64,000 bases of DNA, from the IMG/VR virus record IMGVR_UViG_3300028048_002585; one strand, 5' to 3'. This DNA is from an uncultured virus (IMG/VR IMGVR_UViG_3300028048_002585) (taxonomy: Duplodnaviria; Heunggongvirae; Uroviricota; Caudoviricetes). Under the pieces are notes generated by a model. It worked only from the letters and a program-made list of their open reading frames with translations. It searched no databases and was not told the origin of the DNA. Below are positions 8,878-18,136 of the stretch, piece by piece (the stretch's first letter is position 1; each line of letters opens with the position of its first letter). The position numbers and the translations under genes were made by a program.

Positions 8878-11811
8878 TTATGCAGATTCTTTATCAGCCT
8901 TTTCTGCCTTTGCTTTTGCTTTAGCTTTTTCAGCTCTTGCTCTTTTCTTTTCTGCTTCTTTGAATTCTCTTTCCGCTTCAAGAAGTTCTGCTACGTTTTG
9001 AAGTTCCTCTTCGGTTATTCCGGCTCGCTGATCCTCAAGCCTTGCTTTTTCCGCAACGTTATTCTTTTTGATTGCTTCAAGTGCTTCAAGCTGGGCTTCC
9101 ACGGAGCTTGCGTTGATACTGTTTCCGAGTATCTGATAGCTCTCGTTTAAGAATCTGTTATATACGTGCTTTCCCTTTGCTCCGTATGAAACATAGGTGC
9201 TGAGTACATATAACTCATCTCTTGCCCTTGTTGCCGATACGAAAAGAAGTCTTCTTGTCTCTTCGATATCTTCCTGTGTTCTCAGCTCTTTGTTTTCATA
9301 ATCCGATATATCGTCATATACTATCGGGTATTCAAGTCCTTTTGATGAATGCGCCGTTATAAGCTGGACACCCGGATATCTCCTTGTCCTGCGGAATGTC
9401 ATATCCGTACCGAACTTTTCATAATCTCTTGCGTATTCAGCCATATCCTGCACGGTCTTCCTGAGCAGAAGATTTTCGATAAAGCTGTTGTAAAGCTCAT
9501 CCTCATTGCTGTCGATGGCCTTCAGCATATTCTCTATCTCAGCTTTCTTGTTTTTTTCTGAAAGCGAATCAAGGTTTTCTATATCACAGAGGATATCATC
9601 ACAATATTCCTTGATATAGTCCGAGGTTTCATCCATTATTCCTCCGCCGTGCAGACAGTTTGCGTATCTTAAAAGGTCTGCCGTATCTGTCGGATCGTCG
9701 ATAATATTGAATAAACCTATCGCTGCTTTTACTCTCGGATTATCCAAGACTTTTTCAGGACAGCTTATCCTTGTTGGAATCCCTGCCTTATTGAGAACAT
9801 CCACGTAACCGGCTATCGTGCTCTTATTTCTTACTATAATTGCTATATCTTCCGGTTTTGTGCCGGATGCAATCTTTTGGGAAATAGAATCCGCAACCCA
9901 TTGCTGCTGTTCTTCGTCTGAAAGGAATCCCATTGCTACCACATCCTTGCCTTCAGGCCTTGTAGCTATAAGTGACTTCGCTACTCTGTGAACGTTCTTA
10001 TCGTTCACCTTGTTTGCAAAATCAATTATTTTCTTCTGGCTTCTGAAGTTGTTCATCAGGTTAATGGTATCAACCTTTTCACCCATAGCTTCACTGAAGT
10101 TGATAATAAAGTCAGGCGTGGTATTCTTGAATGAATATATTGCCTGGCTGTCATCTCCTACTACCATAAGTGACTCAAACTTTGGCGTATCCCTGAAATT
10201 CTTCAAAATCTCGATCTCTTTTTTGTTCGAATCCTGAAACTCATCGACTATTATGTGTCTGAATCCAAAATTTTCCAAGTAGAATGGATCGTTGTGAAGT
10301 ATCTCAAATACCATACCTTCCATATCTCCGAACTCTATAAGCCCTTTATCTCTGAGTATGCTGTCATACTCGTCATAAAGGTTTATGAGCTTCGAAACTG
10401 AAGACATATTGGCATTTCTCGGTAATTTATTCATAATATCACCGATAGTTTCCTGTCCGTAACCGCATTCCTTTATCTCACTGAATACCTTTTTTGCTGT
10501 AGCAAGTGCTCCCAGCGCATATTTGTTCTTCATTGTGAAATTTCTGTAATCCAGTCCCGGGATCTTTGTTTTGGTAAGCAGATCCGCTATTATGCGCGAT
10601 TTTTCGATCTCATCCATTACGTGAGGCTCTTTTGAAAATCCAAGATCCTGATACTTTTCATGCAGAATATCGTTTCCGAATGCATGGAATGTACATATCC
10701 TGAGTTTATCAAGATCTGCCTCAAGCCCCCAGTCTTCAGCATAGAGCTTTATTCTTTCCTTCATCTCAGCTGCTGCCGTGTTCGTGAACGATATAAGCAG
10801 TATCTCTTCAGGCTTTACTCCGTTAAATAACAGGGTAATGACTCTGAATACGACTACGAGTGTCTTTCCCGAACCGGCTCCCGCATTGATTCGGACGATG
10901 CCCTTGTCATATTCTATAGCTTCTGACTGATCAGCAGTGAACTGTATGTCGGCTACATGCCTCTTCAGCTCACCTTCAACGGATATCGGACCGTCACAAT
11001 ATGCTTTACAGATGTCGTAAAGCGCACAGTCCTCACAATCCTGCTTGTTACAGGTAGTGTCGTCATGTCCGTTGTAGAAATCTCTGCACTTCTGCGTCAT
11101 TCTCTTGTCAAGAATGGTCTGCGAACCGTCATATGCATCCGTCATGGAACGGATATTCTTTTCACCAAAATCATCAAACTTACCTTCAAGAGGCTTGTCG
11201 TCAGTCTGGCGAAGGAAATAGTAAGATGCCTTTACGATAACTCTTGTGCCGGGCTTTATAAAGTTTTTACCGTACTGCAGCATGGCATACAGCCCTATAT
11301 CGTTATCTGCTGCTACACTAGAGATCGGCTTTCCTGTCTTGACCTTTATGATCTCGACGGCGCCCTCATAAATGGTGTCATGCACCCATGTACCGGTTTC
11401 GGGATCCTTAAAGTATCCTTTCTGCGGAGTCGGGTCAAGTACCACAAAGTCAGGAGTTACTTTTACTTCCATCATTTCCGGTACTACTTCGATATCTGCT
11501 GGCACGGCTCTTATGATAGCTCTGTCCTCGTAATCAAGGTATCTCTTTATTTCGCTGAAAGCGTCTTTCTTATGCGCTTCCCTTTCAAGCTCGTTATAAG
11601 ATATATGCTCGAATTTCTCGTCGATCATATCCTTGAGCTCTGAATCTGAGAGAATCTCGCTTCCTTCAAACATCGCCTTATCAAGGATATCCTTGACAGC
11701 TATGGCTTTGTCGTAGTTCTCTCTCTTCTTTTCTTCGGCTTTGAATCCGAAGTTCCTGCCTTTGTTGCAGGCATTCGAGCCTGTAAGCTCAAACATTTTG
11801 AAATTCTTCAT
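8878..11811 (-). CDS. UvrD/PcrA-family SF1 helicase with N-terminal RecB/Cas4-like Fe-S nuclease-type domain
   Basis: AGAGSGKT, IVDEFQD, VGDDSQAIY, NNFRS, TAHSSKGLE, RRLLFVSATRA; N-terminal Cys15 plus CEDCALYDIC, TPDFV and IIKVKTG. Confidence 0.85.
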   Translation of the reverse strand: MKNFKMFELTGSNACNKGRNFGFKAEEKKRENYDKAIAVKDILDKAMFEGSEILSDSELKDMIDEKFEHISYNELEREAHKKDAFSEIKRYLDYEDRAIIRAVPADIEVVPEMMEVKVTPDFVVLDPTPQKGYFKDPETGTWVHDTIYEGAVEIIKVKTGKPISSVAADNDIGLYAMLQYGKNFIKPGTRVIVKASYYFLRQTDDKPLEGKFDDFGEKNIRSMTDAYDGSQTILDKRMTQKCRDFYNGHDDTTCNKQDCEDCALYDICKAYCDGPISVEGELKRHVADIQFTADQSEAIEYDKGIVRINAGAGSGKTLVVVFRVITLLFNGVKPEEILLISFTNTAAAEMKERIKLYAEDWGLEADLDKLRICTFHAFGNDILHEKYQDLGFSKEPHVMDEIEKSRIIADLLTKTKIPGLDYRNFTMKNKYALGALATAKKVFSEIKECGYGQETIGDIMNKLPRNANMSSVSKLINLYDEYDSILRDKGLIEFGDMEGMVFEILHNDPFYLENFGFRHIIVDEFQDSNKKEIEILKNFRDTPKFESLMVVGDDSQAIYSFKNTTPDFIINFSEAMGEKVDTINLMNNFRSQKKIIDFANKVNDKNVHRVAKSLIATRPEGKDVVAMGFLSDEEQQQWVADSISQKIASGTKPEDIAIIVRNKSTIAGYVDVLNKAGIPTRISCPEKVLDNPRVKAAIGLFNIIDDPTDTADLLRYANCLHGGGIMDETSDYIKEYCDDILCDIENLDSLSEKNKKAEIENMLKAIDSNEDELYNSFIENLLLRKTVQDMAEYARDYEKFGTDMTFRRTRRYPGVQLITAHSSKGLEYPIVYDDISDYENKELRTQEDIEETRRLLFVSATRARDELYVLSTYVSYGAKGKHVYNRFLNESYQILGNSINASSVEAQLEALEAIKKNNVAEKARLEDQRAGITEEELQNVAELLEAEREFKEAEKKRARAEKAKAKAKAEKADKESA

Positions 11812-11819
11812 TTTTCTTA

Positions 11820-11906
11820 TCCTCCTTATAAAGTGTCAATAAATTCATTTATATTATGTATAAATATTGGAGGCATAAAAAAAGACGCAGCTTTATGACT
11901 GCGTCC
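11820..11906 (-). promoter_or_regulatory. Terminator plus class-1 promoter/leader module
   Basis: GACGCAG/CTGCGTC hairpin, A-tract 11877-11883, TATTATG 11852-11858. Confidence 0.7.
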
Positions 11907-11937
11907 TGTGAAATACTGTTCTATAAATTAATTATCG

Positions 11938-12759
11938 TTATATATTTCCGCTCTTTTTTTCTTTCCTTTTTCTTAATCTTGCAAAGAACCCAAGATTAAG
12001 GTTCTCCTCAGCCTCCCTAGAAGCCTCATCACGGGCTTTTTCGAGTTCAGCCATCTCCTGTCTCATTTTTTCTATTTCGGCACTTAAATCGTCATTCTGA
12101 GCATTCACAGAGGCAATCTGCGTATCTCTCTGTGCTATAAGTTCGTTTTTAGCACTTATTTCGACTTCTGAATCTGATATGATTTTTTTCTGCTCCTTTA
12201 TCTCTTCTTCCTGCTCTTTATTTCTGTCTGCGATCTTCTTGATAAGACCCTCCTTACTGGCGAGCATTTTTTCCATATCATCTTTTGCTTTATTTACATC
12301 CTTAAGCTTTTCCTCTGCATATTCCAGCCTTTCAGATTTAAGTTTTAGCTCCTCTTCCGTTTTTGCGTGATCTTCTATAAGCATATATTTTGTTGTATCA
12401 AGGGCTGCCGGTGAATCTTTAAGCTGCTTCTGAAGTTCAAGCATCTCTGATGTCAGGGCATGATTCTTTTCTTTGTACAGATCCCTTTCATCCTTAAGTT
12501 CCTTAATCTCTTTTCTCAGGCTTAGAACTTCTTCCGGTTCTGTCTCCGTGACGATTACCTGTTTTGCTCTTTTATGATCAAGAGCAGTTACTCCTTCGTC
12601 ATCCAGATATCTTGTCCTTCCGACTTCATATATATGGTCATTCAACAGATCACTTTCATCCGTTAGTTTCTTGACCATTTTGCGTACCGCTTCATATGAA
12701 ATCTGTCTTGTTGTGGCATATTCCTTTAATGACATGCCCTGCTGTAAGTTTTCCATCAT
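11938..12759 (-). CDS. HTH-coiled-coil protein with C-terminal GFFARL amphipathic motif (pSK1 Par/TubY-like)
   Basis: N-terminal SLKEYATTRQISYEAVRK HTH-like segment, long coiled coil, LGFFARLR terminus. Confidence 0.65.
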   Translation of the reverse strand: MMENLQQGMSLKEYATTRQISYEAVRKMVKKLTDESDLLNDHIYEVGRTRYLDDEGVTALDHKRAKQVIVTETEPEEVLSLRKEIKELKDERDLYKEKNHALTSEMLELQKQLKDSPAALDTTKYMLIEDHAKTEEELKLKSERLEYAEEKLKDVNKAKDDMEKMLASKEGLIKKIADRNKEQEEEIKEQKKIISDSEVEISAKNELIAQRDTQIASVNAQNDDLSAEIEKMRQEMAELEKARDEASREAEENLNLGFFARLRKRKEKKSGNI

Positions 12760-12782
12760 ATCCTCTTTCATTTTCACTGCAT

Positions 12783-13366
12783 AAACAACCATGTTGTGTA
12801 CTTACCCAAACACGTTGTACAACCATCTTGTTTTTAATGCAAATCAGTTGTGCATAGCTTCTGTAATACATGTCGCGTTGGTTGTGATGCATATATAAAT
12901 ATTCCTATATATTGTACTTCGTCATCTATCCATTATTTATAAGGGTTTTCACTGTTTTTGTCAAGTTTTATCTTCAACAATAGTTTGTTTATATCGCCCT
13001 TTTCTCCACAACCAGTTGTATGAAAAAGTTGTGTCATAAAACACAACCACGTTGCGTTGAATCCAACCTTGTTGTTTATGTGTTCACAACCTTGTTGTCT
13101 CCGGCACAACTCTTTTGTGTGATTCCACATTAAAACAACCGTATTGTGCAACTTTAGTTGTGCAGGCATCATTATACAACCCGAGGTTGTACAACAGGTT
13201 GCATATCTCACAACATTGTTGTATATCGTACAACCTGTTTGTGTGTAAAAAGATATACAAACAATCGCTAACCCCTATGAAATGGGCTATTTAGTTGAAA
13301 TATCGAATCTCCTGAGACAACAAAGTTGCATATGAAAACAACTGAGTTGTACAACTAATGGTTGTA
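12783..13366. repeat. Dense array of ACAAC-N2/3-GTTGT inverted repeats (cluster 1)
   Basis: For example ACAACcatGTTGT, ACAACcttGTTGT, ACAACattGTTGT, ACAACtgaGTTGT, plus many half-sites. Confidence 0.8.
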
Positions 13367-13391
13367 TATTCAGAATATGCCCATTCACATA

Positions 13392-13414
13392 CTTTTACCC
13401 ATCATGGGTAGAAG
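13392..13414. promoter_or_regulatory. parS-like palindrome CTTTTACCCA-N3-TGGGTAGAAG
   Basis: Near-identical to the palindrome right after parB (19023) and to 1943-1965. Confidence 0.5.
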
Positions 13415-13510
13415 ATGACTAAATCTGTTTTTTGCTAAGTTTGTCTGTTATAATATACATGTTTCATCATTACTTCAATTCCATTAATACATTTTTCGGA
13501 GATTATCAGT

Positions 13511-14323
13511 TTGGATAAAAGTCATTTATTTGTCTCACTTGGAAAACAGAATAACCGATTCGAGGAGACCGTCAGAAAATGGAAGGGAGCAGCAGGAGAG
13601 TTTGATTTTGTAAATCATATTGAATGTATAAGAACAATTCCTGGTTATTATAAAGTAATTAATTCAGTGTTACTTCCATATGGTTCAGTAAAAACGGAGA
13701 TCGACATAGTCTTCATTCACTCAAAAACTATTATGTGTATAGAATTCAAAAATCTAAGTGGTTGGATATTCGGAAATGAGAATCAGCGGAACTGGACGCA
13801 GACATTTAAAAATGGTGACAAGTATCATTTCTATAACCCGATCCTTCAGAATGAATCTCATCGTGAAGCGTTGGCGAGTTTATTGAGAACGGAACCTGAT
13901 AATATAGATTCACTTGTTGTATTTGCTAACAAATGTACTTTGAAAGACGTTACCAGTAGGAGAGTGGCAGTTATAAAATCAGGTGAATTTGAACAATATA
14001 TAAATTCATTCTTGCAAAGCCGCGAAGATAGATTTACGGAAAAGAATATAAATGCAGTTTATGAATTATTGAAAATGTATGTTCCGTCAAGACGGGAAAT
14101 GAATGAGCATAGGGACAGAGTGAAAAAATACAGAGAGGGAAATCAATGTCCGAGTTGCTCGCGACAATTGGAACTGAAAAACAGAAAATGTAGTGATGGA
14201 AAAACTCTTTATTATTTTCAATGTATGAACTGCGGATTCAATAGAGAAGCAACGTTTTTAGAAGTCATGGAATTTGGTACAGAGGAAGATAAAATCTGGG
14301 CATGGAAAAATCTTATAAAATAA
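13511..14323 (+). CDS. NERD-domain nuclease-like protein with C-terminal zinc ribbon
   Basis: TEIDIVFI, IEFKNLSGWIFG, FYNPILQN motifs; CPSC...CMNC. Confidence 0.85.
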   Translation: MDKSHLFVSLGKQNNRFEETVRKWKGAAGEFDFVNHIECIRTIPGYYKVINSVLLPYGSVKTEIDIVFIHSKTIMCIEFKNLSGWIFGNENQRNWTQTFKNGDKYHFYNPILQNESHREALASLLRTEPDNIDSLVVFANKCTLKDVTSRRVAVIKSGEFEQYINSFLQSREDRFTEKNINAVYELLKMYVPSRREMNEHRDRVKKYREGNQCPSCSRQLELKNRKCSDGKTLYYFQCMNCGFNREATFLEVMEFGTEEDKIWAWKNLIK

Positions 14324-14374
14324 AAAAGTGAGTAATCTATACATTTATGAAATGATGAGATTGCAAGTGTATGG

Positions 14375-15178
14375 TCATAATCCGAATTTAGATAAAATCA
14401 GAGCGTATGAGCTCAGCTGTTCGTCAGATGTTTTATAACGAACGGAGAAAATAATCACGTTATTATTGCCCTGATAAGATATCATCAGATCTCCATAATC
14501 ATTAATGTCCTTAACCACCTTCTTAATTACTGCAGCATTTAAATTCTTATATATCCTGTATGATGGCTGCTCAAGATTCAGCATCTTGATTATTTCATCG
14601 GGTTCATATTTATATTCTTCAACAAGTCCCCGGGTATTGCCATCTTTCTTTGCAAAATATAGTGATCTATTAAATCTTGACAGAAGAGCGGCGTAGATTT
14701 GATATGAATATACACTGCTAAACTCCATAACTGATAATAGCGGAAATTGTACATATGATCTTAAGTTAAAAAAATGTTTTTCAAGGTCCTGGGAGATTTT
14801 CACTTCATATATCGTTTTCTTTTTCATGGCAATTTCGGATAGAAGAGGAGTAGTGCCTAATACAGGAATCTTGGGAAGCATAAATAACGCATCCCTTATC
14901 TTCTTATATGTGGCTCCGGATGCAGGTAGATGAAAAATATTGATAAAATGATTGAAATCTATCTCAATGGTTTCCTGTTTATTACTTCTTTTGCCATCAT
15001 AGGACGGAATCTTAGCCAGGATATACATAAATATCCGTTGCTCATAAAGGGTGTAAGAGTAACAACTGTTAGTGGCAAATTCATTACTGAATGCAACATA
15101 ATAATTTCTGAAGTTGTCTATAGATTCAACTGATAACATAAAAATCCTCAAAATCAGTTTCGATACTTTTATCGCCAT
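14375..15178 (-). CDS. Rep_3-family plasmid replication initiator (copy A)
   Basis: SNEF..YSYTLYEQRIFMYILAKI, SVYSYQIY, VIKKVVKDIN winged-helix pattern; true start may be 15139. Confidence 0.75.
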   Translation of the reverse strand: MAIKVSKLILRIFMLSVESIDNFRNYYVAFSNEFATNSCYSYTLYEQRIFMYILAKIPSYDGKRSNKQETIEIDFNHFINIFHLPASGATYKKIRDALFMLPKIPVLGTTPLLSEIAMKKKTIYEVKISQDLEKHFFNLRSYVQFPLLSVMEFSSVYSYQIYAALLSRFNRSLYFAKKDGNTRGLVEEYKYEPDEIIKMLNLEQPSYRIYKNLNAAVIKKVVKDINDYGDLMISYQGNNNVIIFSVRYKTSDEQLSSYALILSKFGL

Positions 15179-15199
15179 ATTTCGATATATTTATCGCCA
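15158..15199. repeat. Two 22-bp-period direct repeats TTTCGATAnnTTTATCGCCA at the rep start (iteron/operator-like)
   Basis: Copies at 15158 and 15180. Confidence 0.6.
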
Positions 15200-15819
15200 C
15201 GAGTGCAAAAAAATAGTTTTAATTAATTATAATTATCTTATTTTGATAACTTTCGTTAGCCACAAGAGACCGGTTTCAGGAAACGGCTTCAAGGCAGAGT
15301 TATCCTAAGAAAGGATCTAACAACTCTACCAAGATATGAGACCGTATGTCAGGTATCCGTATTCTTGTCCTATCAGTCTGAATTAAATCAGTGTGTCTAC
15401 CATGCACCAACAGACATTTTCCACATGGGATCCTTTTCAGGAATCAGACACATATCCTTCCGCGTGATTACCATAGCGGACTCTGTATGCCCCCGAGCTC
15501 TACTTTTAACCATATGATAATTATTTATAATTTTCACTTAGGCTTATTGAGGTCTTGAAGCTCATTTTAACCCCTTTCGTTATCAGGATCTGGATAGGAA
15601 AGCAGCAGATCCCGAGCCGGACTATTTTATTGTTAAGCTAGTCATACTGTATATTATATTATACTGGAATACCGTTCCAGATATCGAGACAAGAAGTGTA
15701 GTAAGCGCCTCTTAATCCGACCTCCTTATTAGCTAAGGCAGCTCTGAAAGATTAATGCTGTCAGTCATGCGCTATTTAAACCGAAGTTAAAAATGAGCGA
15801 CTTTAAGTAAGGCTCTTAC

Positions 15820-15848
15820 TTGACAGTAATTTTCCCATATAATATAAT
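15820..15848 (+). promoter_or_regulatory. Perfect sigma70/sigmaA promoter TTGACA-17-TATAAT
   Basis: TTGACA 15820-15825, TATAAT 15843-15848. Confidence 0.85.
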
Positions 15849-15853
15849 ATTCA

Positions 15854-16002
15854 TAGCAAATCGACAGTTTGCTATACCATCATATCAGCGGTTACTATCC
15901 AGTAGTCGCACTTATAGATCAGGTATCGGAAGGTACTTCGTCAAAAGGTTCCGATTCCTGTAATATGGTTAGAAGAGAAGCAGTTTGATTCTGCTTCTTT
16001 TT
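15854..16002 (+). ncRNA. Putative ~150-nt small RNA, opposite in direction to rep (ctRNA-like)
   Basis: Consensus promoter, hairpins (TAGCAAA/TTTGCTA; CAGGTATCGGAA/TTCCGATTCCTG), terminator GAAGCAG/CTGCTTC plus T-run; no convincing ORF. Confidence 0.65.
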
Positions 16003-16124
16003 CTATTTTAGATCGAAGGATGATTTTTTAATACATTATTCGACAATATTTATTATAGAAAATGAAATAGTACAAAGCAATATGTTGTGATTTTTTCTCT
16101 TTTTCCCACAAAATATGGATTCTG

Positions 16125-16500
16125 AAATACAACCGAATTGCATTCACGGTTGTTCTTTTTTCTGGTTGTGTTATATACAACTGAAATTTGGATAAAAACT
16201 GGATTAGATACAACATGGTTGTGCTGTTTGTAAACACAACCGGTTGTATAATGGTTAGTTGACACTATTATTTGTATTAAAGTGAAATCCAGTGAAAAGA
16301 TTAAAGCTATATTTAATCGTGATTTACATAAGATTGTTATGATGAATCTCTTTACTACACAACAAGGTTGTTTAAGAGAATGAACGGGATGGATTATCAC
16401 AATCATGTTGTGAGTGGTTGGTTGTATAGATGTTTATAAACTATAGAAATGAAAATTATGGTTGTATAGGGTTGTACAACTTGGTTTTGTGCAATTTGTA
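16125..16500. repeat. ACAAC-N2/3-GTTGT array (cluster 2)
   Basis: ACAACatgGTTGT, ACAACcgGTTGT, ACAACaagGTTGT, ACAATcatGTTGT and half-sites. Confidence 0.75.
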
Positions 16501-16529
16501 TAGGTTTAATTTCCGTAATTTGTCCGTGA

Positions 16530-17150
16530 CTAAGGTTTTTCAATTTCCTGACGGATTTTTTTCTTATATTTGTAAAACGTGTTACGAGACAATTTTAATG
16601 ACAGCATCACCTCCGTATCGGTCTGTGTTCCTCCAAAATCTAAGAGGTTTTCTTTCATATATGACACAGAGTATCTTTCTTTTTTCGTTACTATGATGCT
16701 TCCCTTTTTGCTTAATGCTGTGACAGGAGAGTAGGTAATTCTACGGCTGTTTAATTCGCGGTCAATTTGAGATGTCAGGATTTCGGTTGCTGTAGCCATG
16801 ATCAGCTCTGTTTCCTTTATCGATGTTCCGCTTGTAAGATTGATCAGTGTTCGTTTAAATATTAAAGACGATAGTGCCGGAGAACTGATTATTTCAATAT
16901 CTGTTCCTGAGTTGAATATTAACTGGTATGTTTCTGCAGCAGGAGAGTCCGGGAGACTAAGGTCGGTGATGGAAGAAAAGAGTATAGGTTCCTTAATGTT
17001 TAGTAGGTTATCTCTTACGTCTTCTGAACGTGTAATATGGATATATGATGTTATATCATTTCTCATAAGAATGTTCTTTTGGATTTCTATATTATTATTA
17101 GTATTGATTATCCCCAGTGCCATAATTCGTTTCCTCATATCTATTTTCAA
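16530..17150 (-). CDS. Resolvase-like protein with C-terminal HTH, catalytic motif not recognisable
   Basis: C-terminal DTEVMLSLKLSRNTFYKYKK typical of serine-recombinase HTH; no YxRVS motif. Confidence 0.55.
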   Translation of the reverse strand: MKIDMRKRIMALGIINTNNNIEIQKNILMRNDITSYIHITRSEDVRDNLLNIKEPILFSSITDLSLPDSPAAETYQLIFNSGTDIEIISSPALSSLIFKRTLINLTSGTSIKETELIMATATEILTSQIDRELNSRRITYSPVTALSKKGSIIVTKKERYSVSYMKENLLDFGGTQTDTEVMLSLKLSRNTFYKYKKKIRQEIEKP

Positions 17151-17215
17151 ATATTTTATGTCGTTAGATTGAATCCTATCACGTAGATCCTCTCCTGTAA
17201 AGAAATAAAATCCAT

Positions 17216-17272
17216 AATATTAATACTAAAATTAATACTTTGGTCGTAGTATTAATACTAATATTAATACTA
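17216..17272. repeat. ATTAATACT repeats between the divergent resolvase-like gene and parA (operator-like)
   Basis: Four copies of ATTAATACT, including the palindrome AGTATTAATACT. Confidence 0.55.
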
Positions 17273-17353
17273 CGCGATTTTTTAATAACGATTCTTTCTC
17301 AAACAACATAGTTGTGTTATAATCTAAAGACTTGTATTATTCGGAGGTTTTTT

Positions 17354-18136
17354 ATGGGTAAAGTTATTGCTATTGCGAATCAGAAAGGTGGAGTTACCAA
17401 GACAACAACAACTGTTAATCTTGGAGCCGGTCTTTCAAAAAGTGGAAAGAAAGTTCTTATGATAGACGCTGATGCTCAGGGTTCACTCACGGCGAGTCTC
17501 GGATTCGGAGAGCCGGATGAGATAGAAACAGTCCTTCCGACAATCCTGTCACACATAGCTCAGGATGAAGACTTTGATAAAGAGACAGGTGTTCTGAAAC
17601 ATGAAGAGGGAATGGATGTAATGCCATGTAATATCGATCTCTCAGTATTTGAAGTGAACATGATCAATATGATGAGTAGAGAGTATCTCTTGAAAAAGTA
17701 TATAGATAAGGTGAGAGATGATTATGACTATATCCTTATCGATTGCATGCCTTCTCTGGGTATCATGACGATAAATGCACTTGCAGCTTCTGACAGTGTG
17801 ATCATACCGGTACAGGCAACATATCTTCCAATAAAAGGTCTTGAACAGCTGATAAAGACTATCGGGCAGGTAAAAAGACAGCTCAATCCGTCTCTTGGAA
17901 TAGATGGCATCCTTATTAATATGGTTGATGAGAGAGTGAAGTTCTCTAAGGAGATAATAGAGCTTCTTAATAATACTTATGGACAGGTAGTTAAGATATT
18001 CAATACGAAGATTCCTACTTCCATCCGTGCTGCTGAGTGTACCGCTGAGGGTGTTTCCATCTTTAGCCATGATCCAAAGGGTAAGGTAGCTAAGGCATAC
18101 GGAGAGCTGATCGAGGAGGTGCTTGAAAATGAGTAA
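17354..18136 (+). CDS. parA: ParA/Soj family partition ATPase
   Basis: NQKGGVTKTTT, IDADAQG, IDCMPSLG. Confidence 0.95.
   Translation: MGKVIAIANQKGGVTKTTTTVNLGAGLSKSGKKVLMIDADAQGSLTASLGFGEPDEIETVLPTILSHIAQDEDFDKETGVLKHEEGMDVMPCNIDLSVFEVNMINMMSREYLLKKYIDKVRDDYDYILIDCMPSLGIMTINALAASDSVIIPVQATYLPIKGLEQLIKTIGQVKRQLNPSLGIDGILINMVDERVKFSKEIIELLNNTYGQVVKIFNTKIPTSIRAAECTAEGVSIFSHDPKGKVAKAYGELIEEVLENE

Noticed and set aside
10957..11643. 228-aa plus-strand ORF
   Set aside because: Antisense to the helicase; no RBS or recognisable domain.
12933..13211. 92-aa ORF (and 16028-16406 ORFs)
   Set aside because: They arise from the ACAAC/GTTGT repeat arrays, with biased composition and no RBS.
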